Below are positions 26,912 through 39,262 of a DNA stretch of 64,000 nucleotides, piece by piece. The position numbers and the translations under genes are program-made. The DNA comes from Eledone cirrhosa (taxonomy: Eukaryota): NCBI GenBank assembly GCA_964016885.1, contig OZ024742.1:201500001-201564000 (forward strand). Direction: 5' to 3'. Numbering within the stretch: position 1 is the stretch's first letter; each line of letters begins with the position of its first letter. The notes beneath the pieces were generated by a model. The model was not told the DNA's origin, searched no databases, and worked only from the letters and a program-made list of their open reading frames with translations.

Positions 26912-29900
26912 TATCTATCTATCTATCTAAGGCGGGTAAAATTCCCCAGATCCATGGACGAGTTCTCTCCAGCGGTCTCTGTCTCTCATTATCGCTGCCA
27001 TGTCCTGCATCTCCAACAGACCAGTGTCTGTCCTTAAGGCATCAACATACGTTAACCTTGGTCTTCCTCTTCTAGTGTGTCCATGTAGGGGCTCCCAAAG
27101 GAGCACTGAGTGCAATGTCAACTCTGGATGTCGGTGAGCATGTCCAGCCAACCTCAGTCTCCTCTGTGTCACTTTTGAGCTGACTTTTGGGATGCTCCCA
27201 TACAGCTCTGAGTTTTTCATCCTCAGTGTATACTGATTAATGTTCAGAGCCATCCTCAGCATTCTCGTGTAGCACCCATACACCATCTGAGTGAGTTTCT
27301 TGGTCAGTGTCCAAGTCTCAGACCCATTCAGCAGCACAGACTCCACTACAGCAATGAAGAGGCGGATTTTCAGGTCTCTACGAAGGTCCGACTTCCACAC
27401 CGATCTCAAGCTGTGGCACGCCGCCCAGGCCTTGCTCTTCCTCTCAACCACATCATCTTCCATATTCCCAATCCCTGCTTCCAAATACAGGAAGTCCTCA
27501 ACCAATTCCAGCGGCTTCCCGCCTACATTAGTGATCCCCTCTGGCTTCTCAACATTCTCTACCAGATATTTTGTTTTAGTCTCATTCATTCTCAGCCCCA
27601 CACTCATCGACACAGTCTCAACCTCCCGCATCAAATCCTCTGCCTCCTTCACTGTATTTGTCACCAAAACTATGTCGTCGGCAAATTCAGCATCCGATAC
27701 CTTTTTCGCCCTAACTCTCCTGCTCTGAGCCGGTGCTACAGTAAAGCCAGAGTCCTGGTGTTTCTCCAGTGCAAGGCGCATACAATAGTCCACTACGATG
27801 ATAAAAAGATAGGGAGCCAATGTATCTCCCTGGAGCACTCCAGCCAGTATCTCAAAGAACTCTGTCATCCCATCAGGTGTAATGACTTGGGCTTTGGTGC
27901 TGGTGTAGAGCAGTGCTATCAGGTCCACTATCTTCATCAGGCAGTAACGGTCCACAGAATCAAAGGCCTTCCTAAAGTCAATGAAAACCATGACCGCAGG
28001 AAGGCACTTTGCTCTAGCTCCCTCTAATATCCTCCTCAGCATCAGGATGTGACTGGTGGTTGATCTACCCTCTCTGAAGCCGCTCTGGTTGTCCCTGAGC
28101 TTCTTCTCCATCTCAGGCTGGATCCTGTTAAGAATCATCCTGTTGAGGGTCTTTGCCACAAGTGACGTCAGTAAGATCCCCCGGTAGTTGTTGGTGTTAG
28201 AGAGATCTCCCTTCTTTGGCACTGGGACGATGTTACTGATCCTCCACTGATTCGGGGCAACTCCTTTCTCCAGTGCCCCGTTACAGAACCCCAGGATGAT
28301 ATCATCAAAATCACACCTCTTCATCACCTCTGATGCCACTCCATCTTCTCCATGAGCCTTGCCCTCCTTGACCCTCTTCTTGGCTCTCTGAAGCTCCTCT
28401 CTGGTGAAGGGCTCTGTCTCAACATCCAGTTCCTCAAACAGCCGCCTGATCTCCCCAGTGCTCTGGGCTGTGGAGGGTGGCTCTCCTAGTAGGGTCCTAA
28501 AATGGTCTAGCCATTTCCTCTTCCTATCCTCGGGCCCCGTTCCTTGGATCTGACTCGAACACCTTCTCTTCCTCCCTGTGATCTCGTTGATGATCATCCA
28601 GCTCTCCTTACATCCAGATCTGTCAACCGCTCTCTCCACACTTCTGATCTTCTCTATCAGTGCCTCCTCTCTGACCTCAGTGTAAGCGGTACAGTGCTCT
28701 TCCCTCATCACCTCCACAGTCTCCATCCTCTCCTCCGTAGGATCAGCATAGAATTGGTCCCTGGCAGCTTTCAGGTGTTCTCTGGCTGCACACACTTTTG
28801 GGTTTGCAGAGCTGACGTGCTTCCCTTTATTCTTTTTCCTCAGCACCAGGGCTTCACTTGCTTCCGCCACTGCATTGGTAAAGTGCCCGTACCTCCTCGT
28901 CACACTCTCCTCAGTCCATCCAATCTCTCTCTCCTCTGACTCTCCACACAGAGCACTAAACCTGTTTCTCACTTCCACTGTGAACCTCTCCTGTAGCTTA
29001 TCATCTTCCTTGAAAGCTCCCCAGTCATAGATTGTTCTCCGGGGCTGAGCCTTGCTCTTTCTTAAGCTCACGCGGACCTCACTCATAACAAGCCGGTGGT
29101 CACTACCCAGTGTACTGAAATAGCTGTATGGTTCCGTGTTCAGAACACTATTCCGCCACTTTTTCCTCACCAGAATGAAATCAATCTGGGACTTGGACAG
29201 GTGCATATCTGAGATGTAGGTCCACATCTTCCCCAGATTCTTCCTAAACCTTAGGTTGGTCGCCATCAAGTTCGCCTCCAGCAGGGTGTCTCTCAGTAGT
29301 CTTCCATTTCAGTTGGTGTTGTTATGGAAGTACCAGCAAGGATCTTCACTGCCCTCCTTACTCAGGTGTGCATTGAAGTCCCCCAAAACAAGCAGGATAT
29401 TGTGTGCCTGAGTGGTGTTGACAGCTCTACACACCTCCTCATGGAACTCTTCCGCATTCACATCGCTGTCCCCCTCGGTTGGACTATAGGCTGAGATGAC
29501 TGTCAGTCTTGGGTTTCCATTGAAGGTCACCCTCAACACTCGCGGGGAGATAGGCATTATTTCCCTCACCAACAGATTGGTTTTTGCACTGAACACAAAA
29601 CCCACTCCTCCTACTGCAGAATTTGTTGTGTTCTTCACTGCCGATGTAGTGATGAGCTGGCTCTTCTTCCCAATCATGACACTCCTCACGGGTTCATCGT
29701 GTAGAATCCTGTGTTCTTGGATCGCAAGTATCTGTATACCACTCTCCTCGAACAGATGTCCCAACTCCTCTCTCTTCTCCAGCGCCCGAATAGTCCTCAC
29801 ATTCAAAGTGCCCATTTTGATGGCTCTTCTGCAGGATAAAACTGCATTCTTTATATTTGTCTCAGAGACAGCTGATCCATCATCCACTGGCCCTCTCTGT

Positions 29901-30206
29901 GGCTCTAAGCCAGCAGAGTCATAACGACCAGGCTGCTCCTTGACAGTGTAATTAGGGGCTCTAACCCTAGTGCTGTTAGATCGACTCTCCATATTTCTTT
30001 TCAATGGCTGACAATACCTTACCGGCGCCACTCGAATAAGGTAGTTATTTAACCCATAAATGGAGCCCTAACAGGTACTACCACCCCGGGCCAGGGTAGA
30101 CCTGGGAGTCATGACAACTAAGGGGTAACTCCACATTCCCCACATCTCCTGAACTCCCGAACTGGAGCCTTGCCACTGGATGTAGTTTAATGTCATACCC
30201 AGGACA
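26912..30206 (-). mobile_element. Near-full-length RTE-clade LINE
   Basis: Structured 5' leader, single APE-RT reading frame, and a (TAGA)n tail starting at the stop codon. Confidence 0.85.
26927..30031 (-). pseudogene. RTE ORF (APE endonuclease plus RT) with one in-frame TGA at 29309-29311
   Basis: GTLNVRT, IQEHR, SAYSPT, GDFNA, IDFILV, SDH; NYRGI, GFREGRST, DFRKAFDS, QGDTLAP, FADD, RRLRLAGH, RRGRPR. The two ORF-track pieces share a frame. Confidence 0.9.
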
Positions 30207-30936
30207 CACACACACATACTACACACACACATATATATATATATATGTGTGTGTCTGTATATAGGGGCAAAATGTAAATGTTTTAACATCAGAGCAAAAC
30301 AATATAGACCAATGATGATATATATTAGTTTAGTGATTGATATAGTAGGAAATAGGTCTTAACTTTTCGGATCTGAGCCCTTTATCAGAAGATAGTATAA
30401 GAAATATAAAAGAAGAAACAGAAAGACAGACGAGAATGTGAGAATATGTGTGTATACATATAGGAATGAACGTACATGATTACAGATTGAGAAACGTAAA
30501 AACAGACATGAAAGACCACACATAAATATAGATACACAAACGTACCTACAATCAATTCATCATATATAATCTTACAGAAATCTGTAAGCAAGCATACGAT
30601 CACACAAGTGAGAAGGTATAATGCTGACGCATACATACTGGCTTCATCACCGTCATGAGGAGAAATATATACATCACAATACGCATATAATAAATGCCTG
30701 AAGGCAGACCTTTCATCTTGATATATGGCTTTATCTAAACATATTAATTATAGAATGTGTCTTTGATGATTAGCAAACGGTAGGGTTCAGAATGGTCCTG
30801 CGTTTTCGCTTCTTCGGTAAGCTTTGGCTTTAATCTAAATGACTCTGCTAACCAACTCGAAAGAACATTCTGACAGTAACAAATCTTGCCATTTATATCA
30901 CTTAAGTATATATATATATATGTGTGTGTGTGTGTT

Positions 30937-30995
<59 letters not shown>

Positions 30996-32139
30996 ATGAT
31001 GTAAACACCAACACACACACACATATATGATATTAAAATCTACAAATTGATGAGGCGTATTCGTGAAAAATGCTTACGTAATTGGCATTGATCTGCTTGT
31101 GTTATTATTGTAGTTATTGCTGAGTTACAAATCACGGTGAGTTGGCAGATTTGTTAGGGCGTACGATAAAATGCGTATTTTTCCACGTTTGAGTTCAAAT
31201 CTTGCAGAGTTCAAATTTGCTTTTCATTCTTCTGATTACGATAAAATAAGTGACAATTAATAGTGTGTCGAACTAGATGCCAAGTAATATTTCTTCCAGG
31301 TCTTTGCGTTCAAATTAGACTTTTGTCAACTTGCGTTATAGATTCAATCACTCTTTTGGCTCTATAGAATCAATCACAAACGGGCCCTACGATGACTTTA
31401 ACGGTATGAAGATTATTGCACTCATTCGTAACAAATCTACAGCTTGAGGAAAGCTCCTTCTTTCTATCCTACCAGATTTTTGAGAGAGTTACACTTATTC
31501 CAGTTGTATGATCAAGCAAAATACCTGTTCATGGAAATAACGCATTTTAAAGGAGGTCCTCCATCACACTTTATAGGCAGAATATACCTTTGCATTACAG
31601 GCAGGGCTCTTTTCTAAGTTTAAAGTACTAGTGCAACTTGAAATAAAGGCTTTGCTCAAGATCATAATAGGCCTTTAGAAGAAGACAGTAAGCAATAAAT
31701 CACGTATTAGTAAAAACAACAGCAACGAAAATAAAGCTACAAGAATGAATTAGAAAGAGAAGCAATATCCCCCTTGAATTACACTCTACTGATCTAATAA
31801 AGGGTCACATTGAAAAATGTAATCCATGATATACAAAATGGGGGTATGGTCACGAGTAAACGGCTCTCTCTTCAATTTATTCTCAAAACGTGGGACAAAA
31901 CAACACCAATATCAACAACATTAGCAAAAAAACCATGAGCCAGCGTGAAAGCCTCCAAGTGGTGTTTTGACTTGTTAGAAATAGAAGCAACATCTCCCTC
32001 AAATCACCCTACCCGCACCATATTAAATATTGAATTAAAAAGACGGGATGGTCACTGATGGAATGACTTTGATTATAGATAGGTTCGATGAGGTTTTCAG
32101 CTGGAAATAAATAGCAAAAGAAAAAAGAAACGAAAAATA

Positions 32140-33020
32140 TCAAGAAGAACATTAGCAACAACAGCTGTAACAACAACAATATTAACAGTCCCAGTAACAA
32201 CACAGCATCATCATCATCAACAACAACATTAACAAAAACACTATCAAAAGGTATAACAACAAAAATATTATCGAGAACATCAATAACAACACATTTCCCT
32301 ATTTCAAAAATAATAACGCAATTCTAACAAAAGCAACACCAACACTAACACCACCACCACAAATAATAACAACAACACCAACAGCAGCCTCACCACTTCC
32401 ACCATCACCATAAGCATCAACACGAACAACATCACCACCTGCAGCCTCACCACTTCCACCATCACCATAAGCATCAACACGAACAACATCACCACCTGCA
32501 GCATCACCACACCACCACCACCATTACCAACACCACCATCAATAACTTCAACGATACTAACACCGATAACAACGGCAACAATTACAGCAACAATAACCTC
32601 AACACTAACCCCGTGGATAACAAAAACAACAACGACGACCGCATCCACAACGTCAACAACAACAACAACAACAACAGCAGTAGGAATACCTATTGTAACA
32701 ACAACGACAACTATAGCCCCACCGCCTCCACCACCACCACCACAACAACAACAACCGCAACCACATCCACAACGTCACCAACAACAACAGCAACACCAAT
32801 AGGAATGCCTTTTGTAACAACAACGGCGACTATAGCTCCACCACCGCACCACCACCACAACAACAACAACGATCACATCCACGTCACCAACAACAACAAC
32901 AGTAGGAATAACTATTGTAACAAAAACAACTACGAACCCTCCCATCACAACCACCGCCGCCGCCGCCACCGCAGCCACCACAACAACAGCAATTTTAACC
33001 AAAACAACAACAACAACCAT
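32140..33020. repeat. (AAC/ACC)-rich low-complexity minisatellite
   Basis: Trinucleotide-like runs with a 57-bp tandem duplication (~32383-32500) and longer imperfect repeats. Confidence 0.85.
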
Positions 33021-33941
33021 ATCTGATTAAGTTATCGATTAATGCTGAGAAAACAAATGCCGAAAGTCGTATTTGGGTGGCGAATGCCATTGGATATTGC
33101 TAAGGTTTCCTTGCTGTTGTTCATTTTAACATTCTACCATATTGCTATTGTCTTGGTTCACTTAGTAATGACGTAGAAGACATATGATCAATAGGGTTCT
33201 TAGGCGAAGAGAGACATTCTTGTTGAGAAGTGTGAGTGTGTTGAAGTATTATACGACATTGTTTGTGAAAGATGTAATAACAAGCACACACACAGACACA
33301 CACACACACACGCATACACACACACACACACACACATAAAATCACACACACATACACACTCACAAAGGCACACACACATAAATACACGCACATACATACA
33401 CACGAAGTCATATGCCCACACATATACATACAAGGGGAATCACGAATGTGTGCAAATGGGGTCACTCACAAACACACAATAACTCAGACACATACAAACA
33501 TAAGACGATACGTACAAACATACACATACAGGCTCTCACAAACAAACACAAAGACGCAAGCACCTAAGCACATACAAACATACGAACACACACGCACAAA
33601 TACACGCACTTATACATACATACACACATACACACAGGCACACACACGTATACATAAATATGAATTACAGTATGGAAAACTCATTTTAGTCATTTTAAAC
33701 ACAAAATTGATTTACATTATATATAATTAATTACCGAATGTCAAAATTTTGTCGCATTGTCTACGAGCTGTACACTGACATTGCAGCTTGAGTCAGTGAA
33801 ACGAAAATGTTACAATCAGAAAATAAACGATATAAAAGAATGTTAGCATTTCTATGGCTAAAAAGACTTTTCCACGCAGTAACTGCTTGATTTATCTATC
33901 TATCTATCTATCTGTCTATTTATCTATCTATCTATCTATCT

Positions 33942-36900
33942 CTCTTTTTGTCTGACGCGTGAAACATCGCCGGTAAGATTTTTTGTAAATTTATATACGA
34001 AAAACAACAAATTGTTTGAAAAAAATATATTATTTTCTAGATGTCAGGTGGGTGGTAGCCGCTCTAGGGGCGGAAATTTTATTTTAAAAATTGTTTTAAA
34101 ATATCAAATTTTACAAACTAAATAACTTGAACAACACAAGAACGCTGGAGAACATCAATAGAGAAAAGAGAGAGAAAGAGGCAGATATTAACGTTATATC
34201 TGCTTCTGCTACTATGGACGTCACCATAGATACGACTGTCAACAAAGAGGAAAAAATGTTACCACTCAAAAATTGTACAATTTCTACCGTCGAAGCCGAG
34301 AAAAATAACACTAACTCACGTGAAAACATAGAAATTAAACCTATTAACATACATACACATGAAAAAGACATCAACAAAAATTCACAGATACATCTACACA
34401 TAATGTTTCACCTCGTCAAGGAACTAAGATTTCCAACACCGAGGCTAACAACGATAACAACAACAACAACAACACCACACAAAAAAAGAAAATGTCTTTC
34501 GCTGAAACAGTGAACAAAAAACAAGATTTTATAAATTTTGATATCTCCAATGCAAGAGATATGCTCCAGCAAGGGAGAAAATTTGTAACTTACGAAGAAA
34601 AAGGTGGGTTTAGAATTAACTCACCCCTTGAAATAAAGGAAGATACAATTCGCAGATCAGTCACTTTTACGACTGTGTCAAATTCCACAAGAAAGCCGAC
34701 ATTTGTTAGCCAAGCAGATATAGAAGCTACTTTCAAGGAAATTCTAGCAAATATCGATTTTCTCCAGCGAAGAAAACAGTACGGAAATGTTTCCGTACTG
34801 TTTAAAAGCGAGGCACTCGCCCCAAAACATTCTGTGACACCAATGGTGTCAAAAGCATTCACCTTTTTCCCTACATACATAGGAAAAAGAACACAAAAAA
34901 AAAAAATATACCCCCAAACATTAACATCTGGTGGATCTTGGCTGGCTTCGTAGAGCCAGAAACTGATATGATTCTTTCGATACGAAATTCTATTTGACAA
35001 AGGTGGGCGGGTACTGATTTGGAGATTCTGTTGCAAATGAAACCGCAGAGAATCTCCAAAATACTCGAAAGAGTCGTCATCGATGATACCCACAAAATAA
35101 ACATTTCGGTAGAAGGACGAAAATTTCATTGCTTTCGCTGTGGTAGCACAGCACACCTAAAAGCCTCTTGTCCACAAACACACAACGACAACATCATTAA
35201 AAAAATGCGATTACCAAGACCAACACCAAAAAAACCACCACTACCACAAGTACAACGACAGACGAAACGAGCAACCACACCAAAACAAACAGACACGCAA
35301 CCAACAACAACAACAGAACAAACAGAGACAACACCCCTGAAGAACACAGCCCCACCCCATCCCACTCCATCAAACACTACCACAAACACACACACCGAAA
35401 CACCACCACCACACAACATACCCCTACCCCACACTCCTGACGATGATTATTCATCGACGGATGAAGCTGCTTCTCCTTCTTTAAGTGATAAAGAGGGAGA
35501 GCCGCGGAAATTTAAAAAAGAAAAAAAAAGAGACACCACAAAACCCCCCAAAACTCCAATCACCAACACCGACACACAACCACAGACACAAACAACAACC
35601 CAAACAACACCACAGTCAAACATCCCCCTATCAGCAAAACCAACACCAACAACATCCCAAACACAAACACCCACCATAAAAAGAAAACTCCCGGACGAAC
35701 AACAAACTAAAACAACACAACAAAAACACAAACGACAATACACATACATCAACACAAACAACAAGAATTTGATGGAGGTCATCTCCTAAAACCACAAGGT
35801 GGAGACGGAGGGCAAAACTTTCGTCAAGGCAGAATCGTCTCCACACCTTAAACTTATAAGGGTTTCTAAGGAAACCTATAATGACCTGAAAAATAAATTT
35901 TCACAGGACGTGGGCAACCCCTGCCAGAAACCCATCAACCGCGTCTTGTTAAAATGTTTCCCCACCCCACCCAACACCCCATCCAGCACCCAAATGGAGA
36001 TTGAACAACACGATCTCCAGGAAACGAAAATGTAAGTGCACCTTTCGTCCTTTTTCTCCAACTCTTCTTCACCAACATGGCTAGTTTACGAGTTGGAAGC
36101 GTGAATGTGCGTGGCCTAGGGATGCCCTGGAAACAGGGCCAACTTTTAAACAACCTTATGTCACACGGTATCGATGTGATAGCCATCACCGAGTCCAGGA
36201 TCCACAACAGGCAGCAACTAACACCCATCTTCGACGACTTTGAGATCTACGCATATCTCTGTCAGCCAGCAGGTGGGGGTGGAGTGGCTGTTAACCGTGA
36301 TAGAACACATAGATAGGGACCCGGATACTGGAAGCCGAACGTGTTGTTGCCGGCACGTAAAGCTTACAGTGAACGGATAAGTAGACTAGTCAAGCAACAC
36401 TTAACGGGAGCCATCGTCAACAATAGATGGTGGTACTCTCTCAAGAAAGCAATAAGAATAGAATCGATAGGGTACAGCAGAGAGATAGACTTAGAGAAAA
36501 ACAGAATAGAAAGAGAACTAGTAGCCATGGTAGAGGAGGCACTTAGAAGTGGCAACTCGGCTAGAGTGTTAGCGTCGAGATCGGCACTGGACCAGTTCTT
36601 CAATGCGAAACACGAAGGCTGCGTGGTCAGAAGCAAAACACGTGCTCTAGGAAACGAAGGAGCGAAAGCTGTCAGCTGGGCCCGAGTGCCGGAGGAAAAA
36701 AGTGGCAACAAGTCCACGATTCGGTCTTTGAAAGACCAAAACGGATGCGTGCTACTTGACCCCAAGCAAATGTGCGCGGCCTTTCAGCAGCACTTTGCGC
36801 AACTGTTTGAGCAGAACGACGGTGAGCCGAACGGGCATTGGACTTTAGTTCATACCTCGACGGCCTGCCGCGTCTCTCGAATACGGACGCCGAGTTCTGC

Positions 36901-39262
36901 GAAAGACCGATCACGGACACTGAGATACGGGACGCTCTGGGCCGCTGTGGGAAACGCAAGTCACCCGGTCTAGATGGTCTACCCTATGAGTTTTACATAA
37001 GCCTGCCGGACTTGTTCTCTGGTGTCCTCGAAGCCGTCTATTGCAATTGGCAGCAGAACGGGAGAATTCCCAGTTCTGCAGGAAATGGCATAGTAACGCT
37101 GATCAGGAAAGACGAGAACAAGGGGGACGAAATTAACAACTTCAGGCCTATAACTCTGCTCAACACAGAGTTAAAGATTTTGGCCAAGGTGCTAGCGACG
37201 AGGTTGGGGCTTGTCGTCGAGAACCTGGTAGGGAAAGCGCAAACGTGTGCAATCCCGACCAGGTCCATACACGACAACCTCCACCTCATGCGATACATCA
37301 TAGAGAGGGTGGGTAGTAAACCCGGCTTCGGTGGGGTCCTGATCAATTGGGACCGATCAGTCTAAGGCATTCGATAGAGTCGACCATCGATACTTGGAAG
37401 CGGTTCTCAAGGCGGCCGGTTTCGGTTACGTGTTCAGAAGCTGGATCGAGGCGATGCACACCAGCATCTGCTCGAGGGTCAAGGTGCACGGCTACCTATC
37501 GGAGCCGTTCGCAATCACGCTCCTCATTAGACAGCGCTGCCCTCTCTCCTCCATTCTGTATGTATTGACTCTAGAGCCACTACTGCGGAAATTGGAGCTG
37601 TTGCAGGGCATCCCTCTAGAACCGGAACTGCGCAAAGCGGCTTCAGCTTATGTAGACGACGTGACGGTAATGGTGTCGAGCACCTCGGAAATCGGGGTGA
37701 TCGGCAACTTACTGAAAGGATACGAAACTAAACCCGGACAAGTCTGTCGGTTTGCAACTCGGTACATGGAGAGGCAAACCGATGACGTCCGACAGCGTCG
37801 TTGGCCGCTGGACGGACGGACCGCTGAAATTTTTCGGGGTCTGGTTCGGTCCAAACCTCCAGGTGGAGAACACCTGGAACGTGGTCATGGCCAAGGTATT
37901 TGCGCTCACCTAGAAGTGGGCAGAGGGCAAACTGTCCTTGAAAGGTCGAGCGGAGGTGGCTAACACTTTCATAGCGTCCGTCATCTACTACCGCTTGACT
38001 GTCGTGCCTTGTCCCCGTGAACACCTCGCCAAGATGGAACGAATGCTCTTCCAGTTTCTGTGGAAGAAACAGGCTTCGCTGGTGAGGAGATCCGTCTGCT
38101 GTCAGCACCCTTCCAACGGAGGGCTGGCAATGCCGTGGCTGATGATGCGCAAACATGCGCTAAGGCTGCGGCATATCCAGGTATTTCTCACCGACGCCCA
38201 ACCGGTGTGAGCACCGTTTGTGAGACAGGCTTTAACACAGCTCGTCTCGCTGATGGAGCTGCAGTCCTGGGTGAAGAAAAGACCGAAAACGATGGACGCC
38301 TGGCACATTGAATGCGCTCAGGCGCTCACAGTCCTCTGGCAAGCGGGCGGGCGCAGCAATCAGACTCCACTTCGACATTCTATAGAGGGATTGTACGTTA
38401 CAAGGGCGACGACGTGATCGGAGAGACTCTGGGCGTCGAAGACGATGAACTCACCAGTCTCTTTGATAGGACTTTCCGCCCGGGACCTATCGACAACTTC
38501 CAGAGGTCCCTGGCCTGGCAGTGCTACCGAGGAGCTCTACCGGTTCGTGACAACATCTACAGGCATGGATGCTCCGGCAGGGATCCTTCCAAGAGGACGT
38601 GTCCAAGATGCGTGCAGGACATTGAAACAGTCCTGCACGCAATTGTACACTGCCCGGGCGTAACCAACCTGTGGAACTATGCAGAACAACTGCTGTCGCG
38701 TATGGGACAAATCCAGTTGACTGCCGAGTCCATAGTAAGGATCAAACCGCCAGCCTCTTTCAAAAACGAAAGAGAGGCGGTTTTCCTCTGTACGGTGGCT
38801 ATGGTGAAAGAGTTTGTATGGTGGACGAGATTGAGAGGACTGAGGACAGATGCCTTTCTCTCCGGGCAACAATTGATTCCCTTCTATAAGTATCACTTTA
38901 GAAGAAGAATCAGAATGGAGAGAGAGGCACTGCACCCCAGTAAATTTACTGAAAGATCTGTGAATGTGGCAAAAATGGCCCGAGTGATTGGGCCTTTTCT
39001 GTTTATAAGCCTGTGGGATAAAGAAGATAGAAAAAGGAAGAAAAGAGCACTTGCACAACACGCTCCTGGGGTTGAGGGTTGTTCTATCGACGGGGTATTA
39101 AACAACCCATTTGTGCCCCCCCCCCTAGTGGGGATTTCGATTGTTGTAATTGTTTGTTTTTAAATTTTTTACACTACTGTATGTAAAATCCCCGGCATGT
39201 CTTTGTATTGTCCCCTTTTCTTGTGCGCCCTTGTGGCACATAAAGAAATATATCTATCTATC
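33942..39262 (+). mobile_element. Tx1/L1-clade retrotransposon, unit A (decayed, APE deletion)
   Basis: Preceded by (TATC)n. ORF1 pieces include CFRCGSTAHLKASC. ORF2 from 36077 has NVRGL, GYWK, SPGLDG, FRPITLLN, KAFDRV, YVDD and CPRC..HAIVHC. Ends in TATC repeats. Confidence 0.9.

Noticed and set aside
27291-28939. Antisense ORFs within the RTE and Tx1 coding regions
   Set aside because: Shadow frames of GC-richer coding sequence with no independent motifs.
32304-33026. Thr/Asn/His-rich and Val-rich ORFs resembling a mucin or membrane protein
   Set aside because: Explained by AAC/ACC low-complexity repeats; no domain or exon evidence.
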